NCBI GenBank assembly: GCA_964035545.1
Contig: OZ037771.1
Location: 9,479,408 to 9,543,407, forward strand
Reading direction: 5' to 3'
Source of the DNA: Bugula neritina
Taxonomy: Eukaryota; Animalia; Bryozoa
Length of the DNA stretch: 64,000 bases
Below the pieces are notes generated by a model. The model was not told the origin of the DNA. It was given only the letters and a program-made list of their open reading frames with translations, and did no database searches. Below, piece by piece: positions 1-14,894 of the stretch. Position numbers and translations under genes: made by a program. Every line of letters begins with the position of its first letter. Positions within the stretch are counted from its first letter, which is position 1.

Positions 1-1636
1 TTTGAGTATTTTAACTTGATTTGAAATATATAATATATTTTTAATTATTCAAATTAATTCCAGGTTCATCAGTTTAAGTTTATACTCAAGACCTGAAATT
101 GAAATACAAAATTAAAATTATATAAAACGTTTACATGGCCACCTTTGGTCACCTTTCACTGCTCGGGTGGCAGGATATATAACATTTGCATATTAGTTTT
201 AAATGCGCAATACTAATTAACTAAGTTACTAATACTAATAGTAATGGACTCATAAGTATTGAATTAACATAAAATATTCGTTAGTAACACTAACAGTTTT
301 ATAATAATCACAACATATATAATTTTAATTTAAATTACATATAATGATTATATACCCATATTGAATGAAATTTAAATACTAAAACTAAAAGTAAATCTGA
401 TATTAATTAATTATGATTATTCCAATTTGGATTTGTCGATTGAAACAAAAGTTGATGTTAATAATCATTATCATAATTTATTAATTGAAAAACAGTTTGA
501 ATTACAAAATTAAATATAGTAAAGATTAAATTTAATATAAATAAATAAAAACAGGATGGCTCATATTCATCGCGATATTGATTTCCATTGAATAACTATA
601 TTCTATAGTCTACTCTATAAGGATTGAAATACGCAATATAATTATATTGATATTAATAAATCAATCAACTTATTAAGCATTAAGTTTAACGTGGTGGCAT
701 TTATTTTTAATTTTCATTTCATAGTTCAACTAATACTAATACTAATAGTAATAGTAATACTATAGATCAAGATGTAGCATAAGTTCAAAAATAAGCCTTC
801 ATCATAATGATCATCATTCATGGTGCCCGCATTTTCATTACGGTTACCTTTACGACTTTACTGAATTACACTTGCACTTACGCCTACGGTAACTGCAACT
901 GTAAGACTAAGACTAAAAGTAAGTGTAACACTAACTCAGTAAGTGTAACTGTATTACTATTAGTATGACTATCACTATAAGTTGAACTTTAAAAAAATTC
1001 TTCAAGTCATAAAATTAAATGATATTCATATTCATATTGATAAATCCGGAAATTATCGCAAACATCAACAGCTTCAAGTATAATAACAGTTACAACAATA
1101 ACAGCTAACTATATTAGCTCCGAAATTAGTTGAATTAAGTAACATTATTAAGTAAAGGTAATTGCTAATTGGTGATGAGTTCACTAGCCCTAAAAGTAGA
1201 CACATTGAATGATTGATAATGATAGTCATCGCGATTGAGTAAGTTTCTTTACAACATAACCGGAAATTAAAATATTGTATGGTTCTTACCGAGAAAATTG
1301 GTTCGAACGGGCACACAATCTAAACACGTTATAAACAAGTGTCGACGAGAAAATGCGAACCAATAATATTTAATATAAAACTACTATAGTTATGGTTGCA
1401 CCTCTTATTGCACGCTGGTAGTCGTTACGCAAAGAGTTATTCAAAATGTAACTATTCAGCAGAATACTTTATTGTGACCCTCTGTTAGGATATGCAACAT
1501 ACAAAGACATATTCCTGTGTTATTATTATTGTAATTTCAACTACTATATGAACTTCTACAGTAGCAGTTTCAACTGGAACTGTTGCATAAAACTTTATAG
1601 AAAACCAATTGCAACGCACACATAAGCTACATGCAT

Positions 1637-1955
<319 letters not shown>

Positions 1956-4900
1956 TTCTTAAATGTGGTTTCATAGGGGGCTGCTCATAGGGGGCTTATA
2001 TGCATTTGGTATATTTTGATACCATAGAGGGCCTATAAACAGAGCCCCCTCTGTTATCAGAATATACCATATTTTTTTACTTTGAAATTGTCTTCTCATT
2101 TTTACTTTTTAAGTAATAAAAGCTATATTACATTTGTATTATGCAAAGTATAGAAACTCAATTGGTTTTGTTCTACTTTGTCTGCTATAATTAATTCTCC
2201 AACAATTTCAGTTAAAAAAAAATTATTTTTCAAGCCTCAGAACTTCTATTCACACTATGCCATTTATCTCTGTAAGGAACTGATATAGCCATGCATTCAA
2301 AATAAAAAAAATTACACTTCAATTTCCTATGTTATGTATTTCCTTTTTAAAATCGAATAAGAATTTTTATGTCTAATAATTTGAAGTGCACCCTGTATCA
2401 TCCTCATTAAATTTGTTGATGTTTTGCTTATTCTTATATTTTGTTCAGGTAATGAAAGTTGTATATATATATATATATATATATATTTTATATAACAGGA
2501 AAAGTTCAATTAAATTGAACCAAGTTTATATAATTTTAAACTGTAAAAACAAGTACTTTGAAAAAGAAATTGCATGTCATTCAATAAGCAAGTGAAGTAA
2601 AATATTGTAATAGCAAAAATAGAATAGCAGTTAGTTGACAAAATACAGATATAATTAATTAATTAAAAGTTGCCTCAAATTATTATAAGCCTATATTGTA
2701 TACTCAAAGAATGAATGAAACATATAATGTATATTTTATTTTAAAAATTACTCAATTTGATTGCAGTCAGTTTATACTGTAATATCTAATATCTATAGTA
2801 TTTTCCCGTATTAAAAAATATGTGTGTTAAGTTCATTTAGCTACCATGCATATACCTACTATAATTCGGACAAAGCAAGATAAAACTAATTTCTAAACTA
2901 GCTATATGTTCTAAAGTCTTTTAATAAAAAACAATTGGATAGATAGCACCACTATATAGGTATTACTAAAAAAACCGGCCAGGTATGCACTTCTATTTAC
3001 CAGATGCTAAACAATTTGCTTCAAAAGCTTATTTTTGAAGTTTTACTAGCTATTCCTTTCATTAAATCAACCGTATAGGTACAGTATTTTGCAGATTTCT
3101 TAAAAGTCTGCCTCAGTGATTCTTTGAACAGTTATATAGATGGCAATTTGAGGGCACTGTTTGTAATCAATCATTAAAGAACACGCAGAACACCATTGCT
3201 TTAAACTAATCTTAAGAATATTAGCACATTTTCTGCACTTCATCTTCATGATGCATCATATGAGAACAAAATCTCCTACTAATATTTTTGTCATTGCTAA
3301 TATTATTTGAAGTACTAATGCACAATAGGCTGATAATTTTTTAATATTTATTTCAAAATAATTATAGTATTCTATTTGAATTTACATAACAAAGAGACTT
3401 GTAATATATGATAGGATTAAACCAATTAAACTATATTTTTCACAATCATCTATATCTGAAAATGTACTTTGAACTGTGATTCTTTGCTATAATGCACACA
3501 AAACAGTCGGCTAGTACACTTTCATATGCTCTAAAGTCTATAGAGATTAACTCAACGCTTCAGTAAAATATATTGAGTTAAAGCTGAATGTAAGGCTACT
3601 AATTATATGCTCTTTCTTCTCAAACCCATATCTGAGTTCTTTTTTTAAATGCTTTACGAAGCACAAATAAGAGCAACCCCTAACTATATCTTTCACAGTT
3701 GCTAATATATAAAATAGTGCTTCTTAAAAAACCTGAAGCTATGTGTACTAAAACAAAATTTGAAAACCATGTTGTCTAGCCTTTTATAAGCTATTGAAAC
3801 TTTTTGTGGGCTAGAAATGCAGCAGTTACACTACAAATTACTCTTTAATTGCAATAGCTTCAAAAGAAATATATTAGCAAGCTTCTGAATGTGCTTTGAT
3901 TTTTTTTTCAATCTTTAGCAGTAACTTTTATAGATTTAATGTTAACAATTAGTGGTATAATATACAAGCTTCTTCAAAACTGCTCCCAACTCTTAGCAAT
4001 TGGGCATTTTGTTTGCATGAGCAGATGTTTCAAAACTCGTGTCTGTTACTGCTTTTACGTACTTTTTATTTAATCTTGTACTGGTAAACTACATTTTCTT
4101 ACTGGCCTTACCTGGCATAAATATATTGACAATTCAAATATTGGCACTCAACAATTTGTAAGCTAGGATAGCAGTTTATGCACAATCGAACTATATATGC
4201 AACTGGCTTATCTCTCTTTCTGTCCTAATGCTAGAGAGACAAATTAACATAATATTTATGACAAGCACCAGATTTTTTCCTATTTTTTTTGTTTGGGTAT
4301 CAGTCTACTACTAGCATTACGACATAGCCTTGTAAACTAAGACAAGTAGACAACTTTCTTTCTACAATGTGTAAGTCATCTTCCATTGAAATACAGAATG
4401 TTTAATGCATGCTTCATAAACATCAGCAAGACTTTCCTGGTACTTTATAGTAATGTATTATTAGATTTTTCTTTCAATTATTTTCCGAAACTATTGTGTG
4501 TAACACAATGCTACTTTAAATCTTAATTAAACAACTTGGCTATATAATTACAGGTTATTAACTAAAGCTTGCCAATTTACCCAAAAACTAAACTTCAGAA
4601 TAAGCAATTTTGGCTTGCTTTGTTGATAGCCTACCATGATAGAGAGCAATCCAGTAAGTTGAGTATTGGGTAAATGTTTCAATTTGTTTTAAGTTTCATA
4701 AAAAGCTCTTTCAGTAGCTCTTTTCACAAATTGATAGAAGACAATAAGGCAGAATATTGGGGTAGAGATACAAACTGAACAACAATGTATGGTGCTACCA
4801 TTAAACATGTTTTTACTTTGAGAATATTTTAAAATTGATTTATCTTGTAAGAGCAAAATATAACAGGTATCTAGTCATAAAAAGCAATTTGAATCCTCTG

Positions 4901-5563
4901 TTTGCAAGCCAGAATATGGCAAGTAAAGCACCCTGGACTATCAATAGGTTACAAGTGCTAGATGGTGCTAGATAGTGCTAGTTCTTCATTCTTAAAGCCT
5001 AGGGCCTAGAATAAATAGAACAGCCTACAAACTAATAAATAATTAAGTAACTGACTGAATGGATAGAACAAACACTGCTACACTGCAGGAAAGCTTCAAG
5101 TGAAACTATTAGAAACAATATAATAGTTGTTCTTTCCACAACTGAAATGTTAATTTAACTAAAAACTTTTTTTGATATAAAATACAAAATTATACAACTT
5201 TTCATGATTTATTCTGTACTTTATGATTAGTTTTACAAAATAAATGGCTTGCTCTATGTTTCCTTATTCAGCCAGAGCTGCACGGCAACATCAAACAGTT
5301 TTACAAAATGCAATTTATCTTCGTTAAAAAGATTTCTTGCTGGTATGGAGTTTCAGCAAGTTGAAAAAAGTGTTCAAAGTTTACATTAGTTAGGTATAAT
5401 ATTAATTATTTGGGGAATTGCCAGCAAAATTGCTTCAAACTTCATGTCCTATGTTATACTTATTGTAGTTGTTGTTGTCTTTATGTAGCCCTTTGTGTAT
5501 CTCTATAAGGTTGGAGCCTGTTATTAGCTCTATAATGAAAGCCATTACCTCTAAAATTACTTA

Positions 5564-7968
5564 GACCATGTAAAAGTCAGCGAATCAACAAAGTGTACCA
5601 GGTCAACACCCCGCTATTATAGCTTATATAAAATTCTGCAAGTTCAGTTGCAAAATGCATGCTTCTAGAAAGCAGTTGTGCAACTTTTTTTAAGTGCATT
5701 ACTTCATTTCATATCTTAAATTTATGACACTCTGATGTATTTTCAAAACATCTAAAGTAAGTGTGTATAAAATGCAATTAAAAATTGTATGTCTAAAAAA
5801 TTACTTGGTACACTTTTGCAACTGAAGGCCAGTTGTTACATGGCTTTTAGCTTTATTTGTTCTCTATTATACTAGTATGAACTCTTGTTCTCCAATATGC
5901 CAGCTTTTGGTACAGAACTCTGATTAGCTGGGATTTTGAATAGTTTTCTAATACATACATCTGATTGCCTGAATAGTGTACACTCCATCTACCTTTACAT
6001 GGTGCAAGCTACAGGGTAGTATTATACCAACTTTCTGTTTACCAATATTTTGTTCATAATAGTAAATAGGCTATTCATCAAGGATTTTATGGCATGTAAG
6101 CCATGAGAACTACTGAAGAGGTTAAATCAACCATTACTGCTGCTAATATTGCTTATGCATCTGTCCCACTATAGTTCTTTCTCCTAAACTTTGAAATTGT
6201 TTCAATAAACATTATTAGTTAAACCACCTGTATTTATTATTTATCTGTAGGGGTTAGCAGTTTACATATCTAGAAAAGATGTTTTATATACGGTATTCAT
6301 CTATCACCTAAAGTAGTTCACTTGCTGTCTTGACTTATTTAGTTAAGGTTATAATTTAACATGCGACAATCCTATACTCAGTAAAGAATAAACTTTTTTG
6401 GTTGCAATTTTTTTTAGGAGGAGTAAATTAGCTTCATTTATACTTGTCTTTAAAGTCTATCAAAAATGACCACCTCATTACTAGTCATTGCCCGATAATA
6501 CTTCAGTGTTTAAAGTAAGAATGATTTATACCCATTGCTAACTTCACTTAAACGCAACATTCATTAAAATTAGTGTTGTTATAGCTGCATGGGTTTAAAC
6601 CAGCTACTAAGTAAAGCAATAGTTGTTTGTCAGAAGTATTTGCTTAAATTCATGAACAAAGCCTTGCCTCATACAGCCAGATTACTATGCATAGTCACAA
6701 CATTATGTAATGCATGTTGACACCCATTAAATTATGTTTGAATGGTAAAGTATTGGGTAAAGCCTTCAGCTAGCATTTCTTGAAAGTCCTATTGTCTGCT
6801 GGGATCTCTGCAATCTGCAGCCACCCTCTATAACTGATGAAGTCTAGTACTTTCTCTGTAACTGATGCAATCCAGTACTTTCATAAAAAATGTCTTACGA
6901 TATTTTAAAGCTATGAGATTAGATTGTGTAAAAACATTATGCTATCATAAGCAGCATAAATTTCAATTTTTCTACAGCAATAATTTATGTGTTTATAATT
7001 CATTGAAAAAAACCTACATTGTTGCTAAACTTCTCATTTTAAATCCTGCAAGTAAATATAATATGACTAGTTCAACCTATTGTCTATATATAAGAGACAA
7101 ACAGTATGTTAGGTTCAGAAACGGCCAACTCAGGCTTAGCATAAACTGCAATACAATTTTTTTAAGTTATGGTATTGGTAAGCTGAAGAATAGGGTAGTC
7201 TAAAAGAAATGCATTTAAAAACTGTACATGATAGTTTACCAAAGCTAAATCATTGAATGATTGCTTGTTATATTCTATGAGTGAAGGAGGGATTTTATTA
7301 TCTGAAGAAAATTGAATAGGTTTATATGAGAATATTGGTAATAACACTATGATGTAGACTTGCTATTACAAGCTAAAATATATACAGCAGAGAGGGTTGA
7401 TAGTTCCCATGGCTTACATGCCATAAAATCTTTGCTAAATAGCTTATTTACTATTGTGAACAAAAGATTGGTAAACAGAAAGTTGGTATAATACTACCCT
7501 GTAGCTTGCACCATGTAAATGTAGATGCAGTGTGCACTATTCAGACAATCAGATGTATGTATTAGAAAATCATTCAAAAACCCGGCTAATCAGAGTTCTG
7601 TACCAAAATCCGGTGGCTCATTACCAGCTGGCATATTGGAGAACAAAAGTTTATACTAGTATAATAGAGTACAAATAAAGCTAAGAGTTATGTAACAACT
7701 GGCCTTCAGCTGCAAAAGTGTACCAGGTCATTCTTGTAGACATACAATTTTTAATTGCATTTTATACACACTTACTTTAGATGTTTTAAAAAATACATCA
7801 GAGATCATAAATTTAAGATATGAAATAAAGTAATGCACTTGAAAAAAGTTGCACAACTGCTTTCTAGAAGCATGCACTTTGCAACTGAACTTGCAGAATT
7901 TTATATAAGCTATAATAGCGGGGTGTTGACCTGGTACACATTGCTGATCGGCTGACTTTTACATGGTT
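5564..7968. mobile_element. Non-autonomous DNA transposon with ~550-bp TIRs, probably PIF/Harbinger
   Basis: 5565-6112 is the inverted repeat of 7401-7967; TTA flanks both sides (5561-63, 7969-71). Confidence 0.8.
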
Positions 7969-10059
7969 TTACACGTCAGCTGTTTGAGTTCTCCATAAAC
8001 TTTTAGTAGTCAATTAAGTTGCTTAGCCTGGTTGGGCCCAGGCCGAGAAAGGCAATAGTAAATAAGTTGAGTCTAACCTTTTGCCATTAATTTCAAATCG
8101 CAAACTTACTTTAGGTGTTTATACACAAAAAATATTCACGCATTTAATGAGCCACGGTTGTAAAAAGCTTAAACTTCTTTTGCTGAGGCAGAACATTTTA
8201 TTTATTAAGTTTCCTGTGTAACAGGTTAGCTACTTGACTAATGCTACATGTCTTACAGTTGCTAGCCTTTGCTAAGTCTAAACTAAATGGCTGTGTTTTC
8301 TTCAATATAGGAAAAAAAATGTAAGTAGCTCCAAAAAGTTAGGCAATCTAAAGACACTCATCATTAATTTCAATTTGCCATAGTTCTTGGCCTAATGTAT
8401 TGGGATAGGAGGTTGTTAAAAGATTTTATTTTGTAAATTCTTACTTTGCCTGTCACTTAGTAAGGATAAGAGCAAATCCACTGTTAAGCTATTATACTAA
8501 TTACCAAATAGCTACAATGTCCACATCCATGTCTAATTTTTAGTTGAATTGTTTAGAGGTATTACAGCTGCAAATATTTACCCATTCTACAGTTAGCTGG
8601 TGTATTTGCCCCAACTGTGTTTACATGAGACATACTCAAGGTTTCCCCCAGCTTCTATTAATTGCATGCAACAAAATATTTCCAGCAAAATACATAATAT
8701 TTATAAAAAGTACAATTTTCATTTTCTAATGCTTTTAAATATAGCTGTTCAGTAGGCAGTCTAAGTAGAATATATATTGTTTGGCGTCTATATGGAGGGG
8801 GTTGTCTATTTGGAATTAAACTGAATTGTTACTGTTATAGAGACGGATGACCAGTGTAACACTGGTGCTACATTTCTTTTTCAAACTTTAAAACTAGTTG
8901 GTGAATTGGTTTCTCTGTTTTGAAAATTTTTCAAGTAAAATAATGCAGCTAGAAAAAGTATTGTTCGCGCAATGGGTGGATATCAAAATCTAAACTTCTT
9001 GCTAGTCATATAATTTGACTACCAACAAAAAGAGTAAGACTGTATAAATAGTTTTCAATAATATGTGTTAATAACTTTGAATTCATCATCTCTACTGATT
9101 CCCATTAGATTTATTGTGAATGAAACTTGGTGTAGGGCCTGTCTTATATTCTACAGGGTCTAATATTTAGTAGCAAAGGTAAGCTGCAAGCATTTCTTAA
9201 TATTTCCTATTATAAAATTATAAAAGTTTGTGTTGTAGTGACAGCAGACAAGATTTCAGCTATTATGCTCGCAGTCAGTTGAAAAAGGTCTCTCATAGAG
9301 GCTATAAACTCTGCGTGTACTGAGATAACACAAAACCAAGAAAAATAGAACAGCTAGCTTGGATTTTTTTCTTTATTGTACAGTATTTGAGGGTAAACTT
9401 CTTCAAAAGAATTTATAAATATGAGAGTGCTTTTGAAGTTGCAGCCAAATAGGCTAATTATAGGATTTCTGTAAAAGGTTCAAACTAAGGTACCCCTCTT
9501 GCGGCAGCCATTTTTAGTAAATTAAAAACTTTTAAGCTTACTTAAGTTTCCTGATTAAAATTATTATGAAGATGAAAAGAAACTAGGCCCAAAACTACAG
9601 GGGGTCTATTATCTTTTGCATAATTGTAGGGATGCGGTCTCTCTCTATAGACCTTAGTAGAAGTAATTGCAGGAACAGATAATTTTCTCTGTTACTAGCA
9701 GTATATGTATATGAGAAATTTTGTCAAAGCTGCTATTCTGACACTGGAAAGTTACATTTCAGCTAGTTAAAGCTTGCTGGGAAACCATGCATATAGTACT
9801 TTTGAACACTATAACTAAATTGTTAGAAAAAAATGCCTGTTTTTACCAGAAGCAAAATAAAAATTTGAGCAGCAAATTGGAGACAGCAAAAGGTATGTAT
9901 CTTCTTAGGTTGATAATTATTTAATTTGAAAACGTGCTGCATATAACAAAAAAACTTCTAAAGCTGAAAGTCATAATTGCAGAGAAAGACATCAAATTAA
10001 AAATATGCAAATTAATAAACCTACTATGATGCACATCAGACACTGTGGACTGTGCTTGC

Positions 10060-10669
10060 TGATATAGGGCACACATAGTATACATCAACTCATATGGGGC
10101 AGATATAGTATACACAGGCTTATGGGGATCGCATATACATGCAGCATATATGAGCTCATAAGGGGCACATATAACATATCTAGGCTCATATCGGTACATA
10201 AATAGTATATGAGCTCAAAGATGGCACATAAAATATATACAAGTTCATAGGGGGCAGATATAGAATATATAAGTTCATAGGGGCAGATATAGAATATATA
10301 AGTTCATAGGGGGGAGATTATATAAGTTCATAGGGGGCAGATATAGAATATATAAGCTCATAGGGGGCAGATATAAAATATATAGGCTTATAGGGGGCAG
10401 ATATAAAATATATAGGCTTATAGGGGGCAGATATAGAATATATAGGCTCATAGGGGGGCAGATATAATATATTATATAAGTTCATAGGGGGCAGATATAA
10501 TATATATATATATAAGTTCATAGGGGGCAGATATAAAATATATAGGCTCATAGGGGGCAGATATAATATATTATATAAGCTCATAGGGGGCAGATATAAT
10601 ATATATATATAAGTTCATAGGGGGCAGAAATAATATATATATATATATATATAAGTTCATAGGGGGCAG

Positions 10670-10701
<32 letters not shown>

Positions 10702-11515
10702 GGTTCATAGGGGGCAGATATAGAATATATTGGCTCATAGGGGGCAGATATAATATATATGAGTTCATAGGGGGCAGATATACTATATATAGGCTCATAG
10801 GGGGCAGATATAGAATATATAGGCTCATAGGGGGCAGATATGATATACATAGGCTCATAGGGGGCAGATATAGAATATATAGGCTCATAGGGGGCAGATA
10901 TAAAATATATAGGCTTATAGGGGACAGATATAGAATATATAGGCTCATAGGGGGCAGATATAATATATATATATATAAGTTCATAGGGGGCAGATATAAT
11001 ATATATATATATATATATAGGTTCATAGGGGGCAGATATAGAATATATAAGCTCATAGGGGGCAGATATAATATATAAGCTCACAACAACTCAAATATAA
11101 GTTTTTAACGGAGATGCAGGCCAGATTTCTATACAAGTTCTACCTCAACCCCTGGCACAATTATAGCAACTGAAATTATATTATTATCACTGTAATTAAG
11201 TGTTTCCAACAGTGAAAGGGGGCACATAAAATATATATAAGTTCATAGGGGGCAGATATAGAATATATAGGCTCATAGGGGGCAGATATAGAATATATAG
11301 GCTCATAGGGGGCAGATATAGAATATATAGGCTCATAGGGGGCAGATATAGAATATATAAGTTCATAGGGGGCAGATATAGAATATATAAGCTCATAGGG
11401 GACAGATATAGAATATATTAGCTCATAGAGGGCAGATATAGAATATATAAGCTCATAGGGGGCATATATAGAATATATAGGCTCATAGGGGGCAGATATA
11501 CTATATATAAGCTCA
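10060..11515. repeat. ~30-bp minisatellite (gctcatagggggcagatatagaatatatag)
   Basis: Dozens of units with variable internal TA expansion; degenerate units at the left edge. Confidence 0.95.
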
Positions 11516-11935
11516 CAACAACTCAAATATAACTTTTTAACGGAGATGCAGGCCAGATTTCTATACAAGTTCTACCTTAAGCCCTGGCACAATTATAGCA
11601 ACTGAAATTATATTATTATCAATGTAATTAAGTGTTTCCAACAGTGAAAAAAGCTTTACATTAGTTTTTGGGAAGACAACTCCCTAATTTGATATTGTAT
11701 AATACCATAGGGGGCTTTTTGTATATATATACAGAGCCCCCTCTGGTATTGGAAAATATCAAATTGTCCTTCTGTGAGCCTATTTTTAAAATAGTGTCTA
11801 TATACCATAACAGACTGTTCTGAGTAATTTAAAACACTCAAACATGGTGCCCCCTATGAGCAGCCCCCTATGGGCACAGAGCCCCCTATGGATGTTATAC
11901 ATACCAAATTGACCACCTATGAACCCAAATATGAA

Positions 11936-12111
<176 letters not shown>

Positions 12112-13543
12112 TATATACATATATCTATATGCATACATATATATATACATATATCTATATGCATACATCTATACACATGAACGCATGCATGCACACACAG
12201 ATTGTATTGTGCCAACTTAGCATAGCACAGCAGAGTGCTCAATATCACAGTATTAGTGGTAAAGCTAATAGTAGGATTTTGATTTTGAGTCATATAATAT
12301 TTTTTAAACAAGCGCTATTAAATAGTAATTCATGAAACTTCATGCAGTAAACTGTAGTCGCTGGGCGACAGTATGTAAACAAAATTATGCTCGGTTATTA
12401 TGCAGCAGCAACAAAGTAATGATTTTTATGAGTAACAATACTCACGGCTCTATCACTAACAGAATATTATGTCATGCTACTAGATGGTTGACAGGTTCTT
12501 GGCATGCTATAGTTAGTTCTCAGTATGATTTACAGAGCCATCTCAGGCTATATCAATAATCTTATAGCCGCTCTCTAACTTGTTAGAGTAATTACAATAG
12601 TTGTAGTGGCTCAGTACTTCCTAAGGAGACAGGCTACAGACCAAGAAATATGAAATTCCCTTTTTACTACAAATGCACTGAAATGAAATGAAATTATGAT
12701 GGGTATATGTATTATTTCATTGGGTGTTCTACATGGGGCCAACCCTGCTCATATATTGCTTATTATAACTCATTATAGGAAATTATAAAATATATAAATG
12801 TTTGTTCATATATGTATAGCTACTAAAATGTTTGAATATGAATTGCTTGCAAGCATTTCAACACTCAATTTAACTGAGACCAAATAAAATAGTGTTTATT
12901 CAGCCACTCAGGTATGCAATCTGGGAAGTGGATACAACACATAAACAGATTTATAGACTAATAAAACTTGTTGCAGCAGTGCCACTTGAATATGACTTGG
13001 CTGTGACTTGGCCCAGCAGAGTCCTTCAGCCAGTCTTAAATAAATATTATATAACACTTACAGACTAACAGTTTTACAGACCATATAAGTAACTTACATT
13101 ACATTGTATGTAAAAAGAAACACAGCACAATATTATATGTAAATATAAATAAGCAAACAATTAACATCTTTTACTGTTTTCAAAAAGTAGTAGAATTTTA
13201 AATAATTATAGTAAGGTAAAAGATAACATATATATTTCAAAGTTGAATAGCTTAAAGAAAAGCAATTGACTAATGACATGAAATTATAGAATTAAGTTGT
13301 TTAATCTAATAGCAAAAATTGTAAACCTTCCTGCATGCAGGTCAATGGTTGGGTAAGAATTTGCAATATTGTCATGTTGCCAAACATCAATAAACTAGAT
13401 GTAATTTGAATTCACATATCAGATGAATAGCAGGTGCACATGGTAGCACAGTCTCCTGGGTGTATTAGAAGTTTTTCAAACATAATAATTACCTCAAAAT
13501 TACTAATAAAAGCACAGATAGCATTGTTTTGACCAATAAAAGT

Positions 13544-13699
13544 TCACGTGGCATCATATTGGAATATTTTAATACAATGATTTCCAGAATCAGCTACTAT
13601 GACCTTAGAATCATCAAATGTACAGATAGACTGAGGGCCAAATAAAGGAGCTGGACTTGTATCCACAAGAGTGAGAAACGAGCCTTCAGAATCAAAGAT
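13544..13699 (-). CDS. TRIM2/3-like terminal exon 13 (NHL 6, stop)
   Basis: [51 protein letters not shown]. Confidence 0.92.
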   Translation of the reverse strand: MFDSEGSFLTLVDTSPAPLFGPQSICTFDDSKVIVADSGNHCIKIFQYDAT

Positions 13700-14607
13700 C
13701 TATAAAACACACCACATGTTACTTAAAACATTAATTTGATGATATTATTATAATTTTAGGTGATGGATATATTCACAGATTGCTCGTGTATGTGGTGTAC
13801 ACCTATGTATTCCTTTAACAAGCGGATATAAAATATAAAAATCCACAATATAGAAGTTGAGAATAGATTAAAGCTAACATCTTGACACCAATGTTGTAGA
13901 ACTTGAAACATTCTTTCAGAATTTCCAACTATTTTCTTTTTCATCAAATTATTTCTCAAATCATTAATGCATTACAGACATATGATAGTCATATTTGTTA
14001 GTAAAGATGGAATAGATTGATTAGTACAGCAATAATATACCTGAATACGGGAATTCCCCCAGTCAGAAACAAGCACCCTTCCTTGCTTGTCAATAGCCAA
14101 GCCTGTGGGAGCATTAAACTGCCCATTTCCTGTGCCATGGTTACCAAATGCCCCTTGGAATACGCCTTCTTTATTGTACACCTGGAAAGAGTCACATTTT
14201 TATTAAGACTTTAATTGTGCACTCATTAGCAGATGAGCTGTTCACAAGAAGGAAATACAGGTACAAGTTAAACTAATTTCCCAGGTTATAAAAGTCATTT
14301 TATAGACATGATGTATGTATTTGCTGTATTCAGTCGCATTTTGCTTCCAGTGGTTACTAAGAAATGTTTATGATTATGTCATTTCATATTGGATTTAGTT
14401 GCATGCATACTACTAGTTGGTTTGTTTTCAGTAGTCGTAGTCACAGTATCAAAGTACATGTCAGTTGTTCAGTTGTGTAGCCTGCAAAATAGTCTGATAT
14501 AACATTGCAGTTGCAGGCTGTTTTGGCGTTTTTACTACCTATTGATTTGTTTAGTTTTTGATATACATTTTTAGATTTCCACTTAAAAAATTATATATAT
14601 ATATATA

Positions 14608-14684
<77 letters not shown>

Positions 14685-14800
14685 CTCAATCTGTGGACAG
14701 CAGCTGTTTCGGGGTTTGTCCCCTCATCAGCACAGAACAGAGTACCATGGCCCACACCTTCGCAATAGTAGAAACTTATAGTTTCACTAAAGCATATTTA

Positions 14801-14840
<40 letters not shown>

Positions 14841-14847
14841 TTGTATT

Positions 14848-14894
<47 letters not shown>

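Noticed and set aside
10318-11568. ISAPYEPIYS / LYLPPM repeat ORFs
   Set aside because: By-product of the 30-bp satellite; open in several frames, with no splice or start context.
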